Assembly (NCBI GenBank): GCA_017454675.1
Contig: JAFTCN010000066.1
Location: 1,579-65,578 of the forward strand
Length of the DNA stretch: 64,000 nt
Origin: Clostridia bacterium
GTDB lineage: Bacteria > Bacillota > Clostridia > Oscillospirales > CAG-272
Direction: 5' to 3'
Each line of letters starts with the position of its first letter. Position 1 is the first letter of the stretch. This document shows positions 19,491-29,032 of this stretch, piece after piece. Under the pieces are notes generated by a model. That model was not told the origin of the DNA. It saw nothing but the letters and a program-made list of their open reading frames with translations, and made no database searches. Position numbers and translations under genes: made by a program.

Positions 19491-19595
19491 CGCAGCTTTG
19501 CTGCGTCATTGACTGTGCAGCCGGTGACGCAGCATTGCTGCGTCATTGACAATGGAATTTGCGGCTTAGCCGCAAATTCCGGAGTGCAGCCGGTC
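19481..19595. repeat. Cluster of three perfect hairpins plus an 11-nt direct repeat
   Basis: Hairpin 1: 16-bp stem CAGTCAATGACGCAGC-ttt-GCTGCGTCATTGACTG (19481..19515, covers the lipoprotein stop codon). Hairpin 2: TGACGCAGC-att-GCTGCGTCA (19525..19545). Hairpin 3: AATTTGCGGC-tta-GCCGCAAATT (19556..19578). GTGCAGCCGGT is repeated at 19516 and 19583. Confidence 0.85.
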
Positions 19596-19642
19596 TTTGC
19601 CGCAAGATCCCGGACTTTCATTCCGGTTCAAATCATTTCAGC

Positions 19643-20134
19643 ATGAACACTGACGAAAAAGACAGGATCTGTGTCCGCTTCATGACACTCTCCGACACCC
19701 CGCAGATCGCGCAGATCGAGCGGGAGGTCTTCTCAGACCCCTGGAGCGAAAGATCGCTCGGCTATCTGTGCGGCGGAGGCAGCGCCGTAGGAGCCGTCAT
19801 AGATGATGGCGTGATCGTCGCCGCCTACGGCGGCATGGAGTACGCGGCGGACGAGGCGCACATCACGAACATCGCGGTGCGACCGGAATACCGGCGCCGC
19901 GGATACGCGGCGGCGGTGATGCGCTTCCTCGAGGAATTCGCAAAGTCCCGCGGGGCGGAGCGCGCGATCCTGGACGTCAGGCCGTCGAACACGCCCGCGG
20001 TCTCGCTGTACACAAAGCTCGGATACGTGCCCGCCGGGATCGTCCCGCACGGGTATTCGCATCCATCCGAGAACGCGCTCGTCATGGTAAAAAAACTAAC
20101 GGAGGGACCTTCCGGATGGAAGGACGGCCAATGA
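19643..20134 (+). CDS. rimI: Ribosomal-protein-alanine N-acetyltransferase (GNAT)
   Basis: RimI-like IEREVFSDPWSE and the GNAT acetyl-CoA motif RRRGYAAAVM. It sits immediately upstream of tsaD and overlaps it. The start is uncertain (ATG 19643 or 19682); the track ORF start 19559 lies inside a hairpin cluster. Confidence 0.75.
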   Translation: MNTDEKDRICVRFMTLSDTPQIAQIEREVFSDPWSERSLGYLCGGGSAVGAVIDDGVIVAAYGGMEYAADEAHITNIAVRPEYRRRGYAAAVMRFLEEFAKSRGAERAILDVRPSNTPAVSLYTKLGYVPAGIVPHGYSHPSENALVMVKKLTEGPSGWKDGQ

Positions 20135-21207
20135 AGATACTCGGTATCGAATCGTCGTGCGACGACACCTCGGCAGCGGTGGTTGAAGAGACAGCGGCCG
20201 GGCTTGCCGTGCTTTCGAATATAGTATCGTCCCAGATCGGGATACACAGGCTGTACGGGGGAGTGGTCCCCGAGATCGCCGGACGCGCGCACGCGGAGAA
20301 CATCTCCGGCGCCGTTTACGGGGCACTGGAGGCCGCGGGGACTGGGCCCGACGAACTGTCGGCCGTCGCTGTAACGACGCACCCGGGGCTCATTGGAGCC
20401 CTTCTCGTGGGCGTCAACTTCGCTAAGGCGTTCGCCTTCGCGCATTCGCTGCCTCTCATCCCGGTGAACCACATACACGCGCACACCGCCGCGGCATATC
20501 TTCTGCCTGAACCCCCGGTGCCTCCTTTCCTTTCGCTCGTGGTCTCGGGAGGACATACTTCGTTCTACGCGGTCGATTCGTACGTATCCTACCGTGAGAT
20601 CGGCGGGACGCGCGACGACGCAGCCGGCGAAGCCTTCGACAAGGTCGGCAGGGTGATTGGACTGCCCTATCCCGCCGGAGCCGCGATGGAGGAGCTCGCC
20701 TTCGCGGGCGATCTGAAATACGGAAAGATGCGCTCCGGAGAAGATGCGGCCGCAAGGGGAAGGGGAAGAAAGCGAGCAAAAGCGCCGCGGCGCATATCCG
20801 ACCTTCCGTCGCCTGCTCTTCGCGAAGGTCTTGATTTCTCGTTCAGCGGACTCAAGAGCGCGTCGCTGAATTTCCTGCATTCGGCAAAAATGCGCGGCGA
20901 GAGCGTCGATCCCGAGCTCTTCGCCTCCGATTTCACATCCGCCGTGGCGTCGGGGATCTCGTCGAAGATAGCCGAGGCGCTGTCGGTCTCGGGCTGCAGC
21001 AGTCTCGTTCTCGCGGGCGGAGTCGCGGCGAACAGACACCTTCGCGCCGCGGTCGCGTCCGAATGCGAACGCCTAGGGGCAAAGCTGTTCCTCCCTCCCG
21101 TGAGCCTGTGCGGCGACAACGCCGCCATGGTCGCGGCGCAGGGCGTGTACGGATACAGGAACGGCATGGCCGCCGACCTGTACGTCAACGCTTCGGCGTA
21201 CGACTGA
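20131..21207 (+). CDS. tsaD: tRNA N6-adenosine threonylcarbamoyltransferase
   Basis: [14 protein letters not shown] N-terminus, HIHAH metal motif, SGGHT and [10 protein letters not shown]. The ATG 20131 start overlaps the rimI stop. Confidence 0.9.
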   Translation: [358 protein letters not shown]

Positions 21208-21260
21208 GACCGCCCCCGCTGACCGGGCGGAAGACATGAAAATGAGATCTGTGAGTAAAA

Positions 21261-22376
21261 ATGGATAAACTGTTTTACGGAAGCGGTGTCGTGTCGATAC
21301 CGTCTTCGGCGCTGCCCAAACTGCGCAGCGCCAGAAAAAACGATATCATCGTGCTGCTCGAACTGGCCGCCGACATGACGGCGGAGACCGGTGTCCTGGC
21401 CGAACGCTGCGGCCTCTCCGAGGCGGCCGTCGAGTCATCTCTCGGATTCTGGCGCGGCGCGGGGATCATGATCCCGGATCAGGACGAGGCCGGAGCCGAG
21501 CATGTCTCCGAGAACAGCGGAGCCGGGGAGACGAAGCGCCGCGAAAAGGATGCGGAGGAGTTCCGGAAGATCGCCGCACAGCCGCCTGCGTACACCTCAG
21601 AGGAGGTGGCAAAGCTCATCGACGCCGATCCGCATATCGCTTCGATGCTCGACGAATGCCAGCAGCTGCTGGGCAGGATCTTCGGCCAGACCGACAACAT
21701 GCGCATAGTATCGGTGATGAACTATTTCGGGCTTAACCCGGAGTACATGCTGCTCGTCGCGGCGCACTGCGCGGCGATCGGGAAGCAGTCGGTGGGGTAT
21801 CTCGTGCAGTCGGTCACCGGACTGTGCACGCGCGGCATCAGCGACGTCGATTCGCTCAACGAATACCTCATGGCGATCGCGAAGACAGCGACGCTCGAGA
21901 CGAAGCTCCGCGCGCTCTTCGGGATAAACCGGAACAGACAGCTGACCGAGAGGGAGAGCAAATGCTTCGCCGCCTGGAGCGGCCGCTTCGGTTACGATAT
22001 CGACGTCATAACCATGGCCTACAACATAACCGTCGACACTACGAAAGAGCCGTCGGTACCATACGCCAACGCAATACTGGACAAATGGTATTCGCTGGGC
22101 CTGAAGAACGCGGCCGAAGTTGAGAACTACCTCGCGGAGGAAGCCGCGAAGGGCGGACACGGAAGAGGCGGGAAGGGCGGCGGATCGGGAGCGAAGACCC
22201 CGGCAGATCCGTTCGGCGGAAAGAGCTTCGATTCCGACGACTTTTTCGAGCGTTCGCTGCTCAAGTCGTACGGATCGGCAGAGCTCATGCCAGAGATCGC
22301 GGTACCCGACACTCCGGACGAAGGGCGCAACGTCGTCGCGTCCGACAGACAGAGAAGACAGACAAGGAAAAAGTGA
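21261..22376 (+). CDS. DnaD-domain replication initiation/primosome protein
   Basis: C-terminal DnaD/DnaB_2-type repeat (YDIDVITMAYNITVDTTKEPSVPYANAILDKWYSLGL). It is followed by a helicase-loader gene. Confidence 0.7.
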   Translation: MDKLFYGSGVVSIPSSALPKLRSARKNDIIVLLELAADMTAETGVLAERCGLSEAAVESSLGFWRGAGIMIPDQDEAGAEHVSENSGAGETKRREKDAEEFRKIAAQPPAYTSEEVAKLIDADPHIASMLDECQQLLGRIFGQTDNMRIVSVMNYFGLNPEYMLLVAAHCAAIGKQSVGYLVQSVTGLCTRGISDVDSLNEYLMAIAKTATLETKLRALFGINRNRQLTERESKCFAAWSGRFGYDIDVITMAYNITVDTTKEPSVPYANAILDKWYSLGLKNAAEVENYLAEEAAKGGHGRGGKGGGSGAKTPADPFGGKSFDSDDFFERSLLKSYGSAELMPEIAVPDTPDEGRNVVASDRQRRQTRKK

Positions 22377-22417
22377 AGCCGCGGATTCGGAAACGCAGGC
22401 GGCAAAGGACCTGAAAG

Positions 22418-23392
22418 ATGTCATTCAACAGAGACAATCTCGCGGCCGTCAGGCTGAGATACGAGACAAAACACCTCGAGGCCGAACATGAGGCCGACCT
22501 CCGCCGGGCGGAGCTCCAGCGGGTCATTCCCGGCCTTTCGCAGATCGACGCGAAGCTGAATCTGACCGGCAGCAGGCTCATGAAGATCGCGCTGAAAAAG
22601 AGCGGCGAGACCTTCGATGAGGTTCAGAAAGACGTGCAGTCGCTCCGGGCGGAGCGCGACAGGATGCTCACGGAACACGGATTTCCCGCCGACTATTCGG
22701 ACGTCAGATACTCCTGCCCGATCTGCTCCGATTCGGGATACACCGGCGGCCGCATGTGTTCGTGCATGCGCCGCGAGCTCATAATGGCAGGCTACGAGTC
22801 GTCGGGGATCGCCGAACTGATCAGGCGGTGCAGATTCGACAACTTCGACACCGCCTTCTTTCGCGAGGACAAAAGATCCTACGACAACATGTGCAGGATC
22901 CGCGACGAGCTCAGGAGATACGCGGAAAACTTCGGGGAGGATTCTCCGAACCTCGTTCTGATCGGCAATACCGGGCTCGGCAAGACCCATCTCGCCGTGG
23001 CCGTCACCGGACGTGTCATCGAGCGCGGTTTCGACGCCGTCTACACCGGAGCCGTCGGCATGTTCTCGGATTTCGAGAAAGCCAGATTCGGGAGCAGCGG
23101 AGGCACCGAGAGCGGCAACGGGACCGACAGATACTTCGACTGCGAGCTGCTGGTCATCGACGACCTCGGCAGCGAGATCTCGAACCAGTTCACCGTGGCC
23201 TGCCTGTACGAGGTCATAAACCGCAGGCTCAATCTGCGGCGGCCGGTGATAATCACGACGAACCTTAACAACCGCGAACTCGGAAGAGTCTATACCGACA
23301 GGATAGTCAGCCGGATCTTCGGCGAGTACAAGCCGTTCCTCTTCACGGGGAGGGATGTGCGTCTGCAGAAGCTGTCCGGCGGTCCGGACTGA
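22418..23392 (+). CDS. DnaI/DnaC-like helicase loader AAA+ ATPase
   Basis: Cys cluster CPICSDSGY..CSCM, Walker A GNTGLGKTHLA and Walker B LLVIDDLGSE. Confidence 0.8.
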   Translation: MSFNRDNLAAVRLRYETKHLEAEHEADLRRAELQRVIPGLSQIDAKLNLTGSRLMKIALKKSGETFDEVQKDVQSLRAERDRMLTEHGFPADYSDVRYSCPICSDSGYTGGRMCSCMRRELIMAGYESSGIAELIRRCRFDNFDTAFFREDKRSYDNMCRIRDELRRYAENFGEDSPNLVLIGNTGLGKTHLAVAVTGRVIERGFDAVYTGAVGMFSDFEKARFGSSGGTESGNGTDRYFDCELLVIDDLGSEISNQFTVACLYEVINRRLNLRRPVIITTNLNNRELGRVYTDRIVSRIFGEYKPFLFTGRDVRLQKLSGGPD

Positions 23393-23530
23393 CCCTTCCG
23401 CGGGATGCGCGGGATGCAAAGAGGCGGGGATGCCGATCGCGGGACTGTTTCCGCACACGGTGATTCGCCGGAAACGTGAAACCTGAGAAACGGTTCAAAC
23501 AGTTTATACGGAACGGATGTTCAGCTGACT

Positions 23531-24781
23531 ATGGAAGACAGAAGAGAAATAAAAACAGACGAAAAGAAGGAGCAGGGCGGCTCCGCGGAAAAGAACGGCG
23601 GTGCTCCCGTATGCAGGCGCACGACGATCGGCGGGCAGGCGCTGCTCGAAGGCATCATGATGCGCGGACCGCGGCGCTCGGCGATCGCGGTGCGCAAGCC
23701 CGACGGCGGGATCATGCTCGAGACGGAGGAGACAGCCCCGCTAAGCAAAAAAATAAACAGGATACCTGTAGTTCGCGGGGTGTACTCCTTCGTGAGCTCG
23801 ATGATGATCGGATACAAGGCCCTGATGAGGTCGGCCGAGATCGCGATGCCGGAGGACGAAGAAGAGGGTGTGAAGCCTTCCGCCGCGAAGCCGGAAGTTC
23901 CGTCTGCCGAAGCCGCGGAAGCCGCAGAGAAAACTGCGGAAACCGCTGAGCAAGCCGCGGAAGCCGCGGAGAAAAATGCGGGAACCGCAGAGAGGGCCGC
24001 GGAAGCCGCGGAGAAAACTGCGGAAGCCGCAGAAAAATCAGCTGAAGCGGCTACAGCCGCAAAGGAGTCCGCGGACGCCGCCGGAAATGGCCTGGCGACC
24101 GAAAATAAGAAAAACGGCGGCATGACCGCCGTGATGATCCTGTCGGCCGTGCTCGGCGTTGCCCTGGCGCTTCTGCTGTTCAAGGTCATCCCCGAGGCCG
24201 TCTACGGGCTCCTTGCGAAGCTGTTCCCCGGCATGACGGGCACCGGATACGGATACAGCCTCCTCCGTTCGGCTCTGACAGGAATTATGAAGGTGATGAT
24301 ACTCGTCGGATATATGGCCGCGGTATCGCAGATGAAGGACATAAGGCGCACTTTCATGTATCACGGAGCCGAGCACAAGAGCATCTTCTGCTACGAGAAG
24401 GGCCTCGAGCTGACCGTTGAGAACGTAAGGAAGCAGATCCGCTTCCATCCCCGCTGCGGGACCTCGTTCCTCGTGCTGTCGGTCCTTGTGTCGATCTTCT
24501 TCACCATGTTCATACCGGCGCAGCTCGTGCCGGGCAGCGAGATCCTCAACGTCCTTGCGAGGACGGGGATCGGTCTGCTCCTGCTTCCGGTCATAATGGG
24601 ATGCGGGTACGAACTCATCAAGTTCGCCGGCCGTCACGACAACACCTTCACAAAGATCATTTCCGCCCCCGGCGTATGGCTCCAGCACATCACGACGAAG
24701 GAGCCAGAGGACGGCATGATCGAATGCGCCATAGCCGCGCTGAAGGAAGTGATCCCCGACGACGGAAGCGACAGATTCTGA
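23531..24781 (+). CDS. DUF1385 (YqhQ-like) membrane protein with inserted Ala/Glu-rich repeat
   Basis: N-terminal IGGQALLEGIMMRGP and C-terminal HGAEHK..HPRCGTSF blocks, as I recall for DUF1385. It has TM segments and an internal (AAEAAEKTAE)n insert. Confidence 0.65.
   Translation: MEDRREIKTDEKKEQGGSAEKNGGAPVCRRTTIGGQALLEGIMMRGPRRSAIAVRKPDGGIMLETEETAPLSKKINRIPVVRGVYSFVSSMMIGYKALMRSAEIAMPEDEEEGVKPSAAKPEVPSAEAAEAAEKTAETAEQAAEAAEKNAGTAERAAEAAEKTAEAAEKSAEAATAAKESADAAGNGLATENKKNGGMTAVMILSAVLGVALALLLFKVIPEAVYGLLAKLFPGMTGTGYGYSLLRSALTGIMKVMILVGYMAAVSQMKDIRRTFMYHGAEHKSIFCYEKGLELTVENVRKQIRFHPRCGTSFLVLSVLVSIFFTMFIPAQLVPGSEILNVLARTGIGLLLLPVIMGCGYELIKFAGRHDNTFTKIISAPGVWLQHITTKEPEDGMIECAIAALKEVIPDDGSDRF
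23912..24060 (+). repeat. About 3.5 copies of a 42-nt unit encoding AAEAAEKTAETAEQ-type repeats
   Basis: GCCGCGGAAGCCGC(A/G)GAGAAAA(C/A)TGCGG... recurs at 23912, 23954 and 23996. It lies inside the DUF1385 CDS. Confidence 0.8.
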
Positions 24782-24808
24782 ACCGCCGCCGGCTGACAGG
24801 GTAACGGT

Positions 24809-25453
24809 ATGTCAAGATCTTTCGAAACGCCAGAGGAAAGATACAGAAAAAGCAGGATATCGAAGACTTTCGCTCACCCGCCTGTCCTCGAACGCGGCAG
24901 TCTTCTGCTGCGGGAACTGAGGCCGACCGACGCGTCCGACATGTTCGACTACGCGCGGCGTGAGGACGTGACCCGCTTTCTGACCTGGGAGCCTCATCCC
25001 GACGTCACGTATACGAGGGACTGGCTGTCATTCGTCTCGGGTAAATACAGGAGCGGAGAATTCTTCGACTGGGCAGTCACGCTCGCACAGCCGGTCTTTG
25101 CCGGAGAAAAAGCGAAGCCGCATGTCATGATAGGAACATGCGGCTTTACTTCGATCGACACGGCCTCGAATTCGGCCGAGATCGGATATGTGCTGAATCC
25201 CTCTTATCAGGGCCGCGGCTACGCCACGGAAGCGGTGAAGATGGTGCTGCGCTTCGCCTTCGAGGAACTTGAGTTCAACAGAGTCGAGGCGAGATACATA
25301 ATAGGCAACGACAGGTCAAGGCGCGTCATGGACAGAGCCGGAATGCGCTTCGAAGGGGTGTTCAGGCAGAAACTGATGCTCCGCGGCAGATACCGCGACA
25401 TCGGAGTCTGCGCTATTCTTGCGGAAGACTATTTTCGCCTGGGAGGTCTTTGA
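24809..25453 (+). CDS. GNAT family N-acetyltransferase (RimJ/RimL-like)
   Basis: 214 aa. LRELRPTDASDMF N-terminus and acetyl-CoA motif QGRGYATEAV. Confidence 0.8.
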   Translation: MSRSFETPEERYRKSRISKTFAHPPVLERGSLLLRELRPTDASDMFDYARREDVTRFLTWEPHPDVTYTRDWLSFVSGKYRSGEFFDWAVTLAQPVFAGEKAKPHVMIGTCGFTSIDTASNSAEIGYVLNPSYQGRGYATEAVKMVLRFAFEELEFNRVEARYIIGNDRSRRVMDRAGMRFEGVFRQKLMLRGRYRDIGVCAILAEDYFRLGGL

Positions 25454-27467
25454 GCCTCCCGTGTCTGTCCGGGCGGCTCTTTTCCTCGGGTGATCCGCCG
25501 TCCGTGATTATCTCATCCTCCATGTCCCGGCCGCCTTCGATGTAGCGCTTCGCCTGGGTGGAGAAGAGAGTGTAGTATTCTCCGTGAGCCTCCATAAGCT
25601 CGCGATGCGTGCCTTCCTCGGACAGCCTGCCGTTTTTCATGACGATGATCTTGCTCGCGATGACGGCGGACGACAGCCTGTGCGATACGAAGATGGTCAT
25701 CTTTCCCTCACGGAGATCGTCGAACTGATTGAATATCTCCTGCTCCGCCATCGGGTCGAGCGACGCCGTCGGTTCGTCGAGGATCATAATGTCGGAATCG
25801 CGGTAGAAGGCCCTCGCGATCGCAAGCTTCTGCCACTGTCCGCCCGACAGCTCGGTGCCGTTCTTCTCGAATATCCTCATCAGGGGAGTGTCGTAGCCGT
25901 CGGGAAGCCTGTTTATATACTCGGCCGCGTTCGCCTGCTCCGCGCTCTTCTCCATGCGTTCGGCGTCGGTCGCTATGCCGATGTTTCCGAAGGTTATGTT
26001 CTCTCCGGCTGTCACGGCGTATTTTCCGTAGTCCTGGAAGATGATGCCGAAGATGTCGTACAGCTGCTTTATGTCGTACTCGCGGAGATCGCGTCCGTCG
26101 AGGAGTATGCACCCCTCGGTCGGGTCGTACAGACGCGTGAGGAGCTTGATGAGCGTCGTCTTGCCGGCGCCGTTGAGGCCTACGAGCACCACTGTCTCGC
26201 CGGGACGGAAGACGGTTGAGAAGTCGTCGATGACACGTCTCTCGGTGCCGGGATACGAGAAGCTGACATGCCGGAACTCGACAGTGTGCGGGATGCCGTA
26301 CTTTACCGGGACGGGGGCATCCGTCATCGGCACGACGGTCTGCTTCTCCTTCATGAAAGCGATCAGGTTGTCGATGAAGAGCGTGCCCTCGTAGATCGAG
26401 GCGGACGTGTTGATGAGCGTCGTCACGCAGGTCGCGATCTGCGTTAGTGATCCGGTGTATTTCGAATAGTCGCCGATCATGAAGTCGCCCTTGAAGACGC
26501 CGTACGCGATGATCGCGTAGAAGAAGCAGTTGACGCACGCGGAGATCACGGCGATGCCCACGTGCCAGAAGCTCTCCTCGAGTATCAGCTTGCGCAAGCC
26601 GGAGAAGTAGTGATCGAACACCTTTTTGTACTTGCCGATGAAAGTGTCGGCAAGATCAAATATCTTTACCTCCTTGGCCATATCCTTGTTCACCAGCAGG
26701 TCGGAGTAGTAGTTCATCTGTCGGCGGTCCTTCGAGCGGAACCTGACATACTGGAAGTTCTTCCTGCGGTAGATGAAGCTCACGATCGCCGACGGCACAG
26801 ATATCAGTATTATGCCGACCGACATCCACCACATGTTGGGTATCCGAGCGATGATCACGATATAGCTGACCAGCGAAATGATGTTGCTGAGGATCGAGAA
26901 GGTCGACTGAAGAGTGGATACCGGTCTGTTTCCGGCCTCGCGGTTGGCGTTCTCGAGCTTTTCGTAGAAGGTCGGGTTGTCGAAAGACGCTAGATCCACG
27001 GTCTTGGCCTTCTCCATGATCTGGACCTTGACCTGCTTCACCACCTTTTCTCCCGCGATCCGGATGATCGACTGGCTGATCCGGTTGACCACGCGGTTGA
27101 TGATCCGGTAGACGAAGAGCACTATCAGCATCGTAAGGACCGCCGACCCGAAGAAGCCGATGCTGAATGCCGTTCCCGACGATTCGGCCGCGGTGCGCTG
27201 CTGTATGATCGTCTGCATCTCGTTTATCACGTTCGCCGAGATGACGGTCCCGACGGGCGGCATGACGCCGTCGAATATCGAGATGAAGAGCATGGTGAAG
27301 AGGATGACGGGGTCCGTTTTCCATACCAGCACGAATATATATCCGAGCCGGCCGAAGAGCCCGCCTATGAGTTCCTTCAGAAATCTCGGCAGGTCCTTCA
27401 GATTCTTGGGCGGCTCAACTTTTTCGTGCTCGTAGCCTGATCCCCAGCCTCCGTAATGTCCGGTCAT
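25413..27467 (-). CDS. ABC exporter, fused permease/ATP-binding protein
   Basis: Start at ATG 27467 (MTGHYGGWG), which has an AGGAGG RBS about 4 nt upstream (AGGAGGCAATATG); the track ORF extends further upstream. GLNGAGKTT, LSGGQWQKLAIARA and IMILDEPTASLD motifs. Confidence 0.85.
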   Translation of the reverse strand: MTGHYGGWGSGYEHEKVEPPKNLKDLPRFLKELIGGLFGRLGYIFVLVWKTDPVILFTMLFISIFDGVMPPVGTVISANVINEMQTIIQQRTAAESSGTAFSIGFFGSAVLTMLIVLFVYRIINRVVNRISQSIIRIAGEKVVKQVKVQIMEKAKTVDLASFDNPTFYEKLENANREAGNRPVSTLQSTFSILSNIISLVSYIVIIARIPNMWWMSVGIILISVPSAIVSFIYRRKNFQYVRFRSKDRRQMNYYSDLLVNKDMAKEVKIFDLADTFIGKYKKVFDHYFSGLRKLILEESFWHVGIAVISACVNCFFYAIIAYGVFKGDFMIGDYSKYTGSLTQIATCVTTLINTSASIYEGTLFIDNLIAFMKEKQTVVPMTDAPVPVKYGIPHTVEFRHVSFSYPGTERRVIDDFSTVFRPGETVVLVGLNGAGKTTLIKLLTRLYDPTEGCILLDGRDLREYDIKQLYDIFGIIFQDYGKYAVTAGENITFGNIGIATDAERMEKSAEQANAAEYINRLPDGYDTPLMRIFEKNGTELSGGQWQKLAIARAFYRDSDIMILDEPTASLDPMAEQEIFNQFDDLREGKMTIFVSHRLSSAVIASKIIVMKNGRLSEEGTHRELMEAHGEYYTLFSTQAKRYIEGGRDMEDEIITDGGSPEEKSRPDRHGRLKDLPGENSLPQE

Positions 27468-27586
27468 ATTGCCTCCTGATCCGTCCGGGCAGCACCTGGC
27501 CCGGCCATTTTTAATAAAACTGCAATTATTATAGCACTTATCCGTTGCGCGTGCAACAATTTTTCTCAAAAAGGAGTATTATTATT

Positions 27587-28810
27587 ATGCTTATACGACC
27601 CGCAGATATCCTGCTTCCCGATCTTTCAGACGTCTCCTGCTGGACGAAATGGGCCGTCGTTGCCTGCGATCAGTATACTTCAGAGCCCGAATACTGGGAG
27701 AGGGTGAGGAGGTTCACGGACGGCGCTCCGTCGACGCTGGACCTCATTCTGCCCGAGGCGTATCTTGCCGACCCCGGTGAGAGGGTGGACAGGATACACC
27801 GGAAGATGGCCGAATATATGTCGTCGGGGCTCTTCCGGAAATACCCGAACTGCGGGATATATCTCGAGCGCACGCTGCGTTCTGGCAAGACGAGACGCGG
27901 GATCGTCGCGGCGGTCGATCTCGAGGAATACGACTACAGACCGGGATCCGACTCCATGATACGGGCTACCGAAGCGACCGTCGTCGAGCGCATCCCGCCG
28001 AGACTGAAGATCAGGGAGGGCGCGCCGCTGGAGCTGCCTCACATCATGCTGCTCGTCGACGACCCGGACGACGCCCTCATCGGCAGGTTTCGCGGAAGGA
28101 GACCCGACGCCTACTCCTTCCCGCTGATGGAGAACTCGGGAAGCGTCTCTGCGTCATTCATCGAAGGCCGGGAGTTCGACGGGATAGAGAGCACGCTCGC
28201 GGAACTGGGCAGGCGCTCCGGCAGCGGTATAGTCCTGGCGGTCGGTGACGGCAACCATTCGCTCGCGACGGCAAAGACGGCATATGAGAACATAAAGAAA
28301 AAGACAGGGAGCGAAGCGGCGGCGTCGCACCCGGCGAGATACGCCCTGTGCGAGATCGTGAACCTTTACGACCCGTCGCTCGAGTTCGAACCGATCTTCC
28401 GGCTCGTGACGGGAACCGATCCGTCGGAGCTGCTCTCTGAGTTCGCGGCATATTCAGACAGTCTGAACGGCAGCAGACCCGCGCAGAGATTCACCGTCGT
28501 CCGCGACGGAGGGACCGCGGTGCTGACCGTCCCCGCCCCCGAGGCCGAACTGCCGGTCACGACGCTCCAGAAATTCCTCGACGCGTACGCCGCGGCTCAT
28601 CCGGGGACGACGCTCGACTACATACACGGCGAAGAGTCGCTGATCAGGCTGTCGGAAAGGGAAGGCTGCGCCGGATTCCTGTTCGAAGGCATGAAAAAAG
28701 AGGATCTGTTCCCGTCGGTCGCATCCGACGGCTGCCTGCCGAGAAAGACATTCTCGATGGGCGAGGCATCCGACAAGCGCTTCTATATCGAAGCGAGAAA
28801 GATCCTGTGA
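27587..28810 (+). CDS. DUF1015 family protein
   Basis: Start ATG 27587 (MLIRPADILLP) with an AAAGGAG RBS. The overall pattern (ACDQYTSEP, GDGNHSLATAK) matches my memory of DUF1015. Function is unknown. Confidence 0.6.
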   Translation: MLIRPADILLPDLSDVSCWTKWAVVACDQYTSEPEYWERVRRFTDGAPSTLDLILPEAYLADPGERVDRIHRKMAEYMSSGLFRKYPNCGIYLERTLRSGKTRRGIVAAVDLEEYDYRPGSDSMIRATEATVVERIPPRLKIREGAPLELPHIMLLVDDPDDALIGRFRGRRPDAYSFPLMENSGSVSASFIEGREFDGIESTLAELGRRSGSGIVLAVGDGNHSLATAKTAYENIKKKTGSEAAASHPARYALCEIVNLYDPSLEFEPIFRLVTGTDPSELLSEFAAYSDSLNGSRPAQRFTVVRDGGTAVLTVPAPEAELPVTTLQKFLDAYAAAHPGTTLDYIHGEESLIRLSEREGCAGFLFEGMKKEDLFPSVASDGCLPRKTFSMGEASDKRFYIEARKIL

Positions 28811-28950
28811 GTGGCCGGAACACGTATATCTCGGGTGTTTTATCCATTTCCTCTGCGGAAACCGGCACAAAGGCCGGTTCTCATAAGGATGATCAGATAA
28901 CCTTGGAAAGTCCGGGCATTGCTGAAATTAAAACAAATTGCAGAAAATGG

Positions 28951-28979
28951 TTGACATCTCCTAAAATATTTGATATAAT
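28951..28979 (+). promoter_or_regulatory. Consensus promoter in the low-GC islet (drives the 33-codon ORF and lipoprotein)
   Basis: TTGACA-17 nt-TATAAT with an extended -10 TGa. Confidence 0.6.
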
Positions 28980-29032
28980 AGCATTGGATATTAAGTATTC
29001 CAACAAAAAAGGAAAAAGGAGGGCCCCAAGCG

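Noticed and set aside
21261-23392. The DnaD-domain plus DnaI/IstB-like ATPase pair as a prophage or ICE replication module, or an IS21-type istB.
   Set aside because: Local composition matches the chromosome and the flanking genes are core (tsaD, DUF1385). No integrase, transposase, terminal repeats or phage genes are present, so this is most simply the chromosomal helicase-loading pair.
25413-25453. A 41-nt convergent overlap between the 3' ends of the GNAT gene and the ABC exporter gene.
   Set aside because: Plausible in a compact genome, and no terminator is resolvable inside the overlap. There is nothing to suggest more than tail-to-tail packing.
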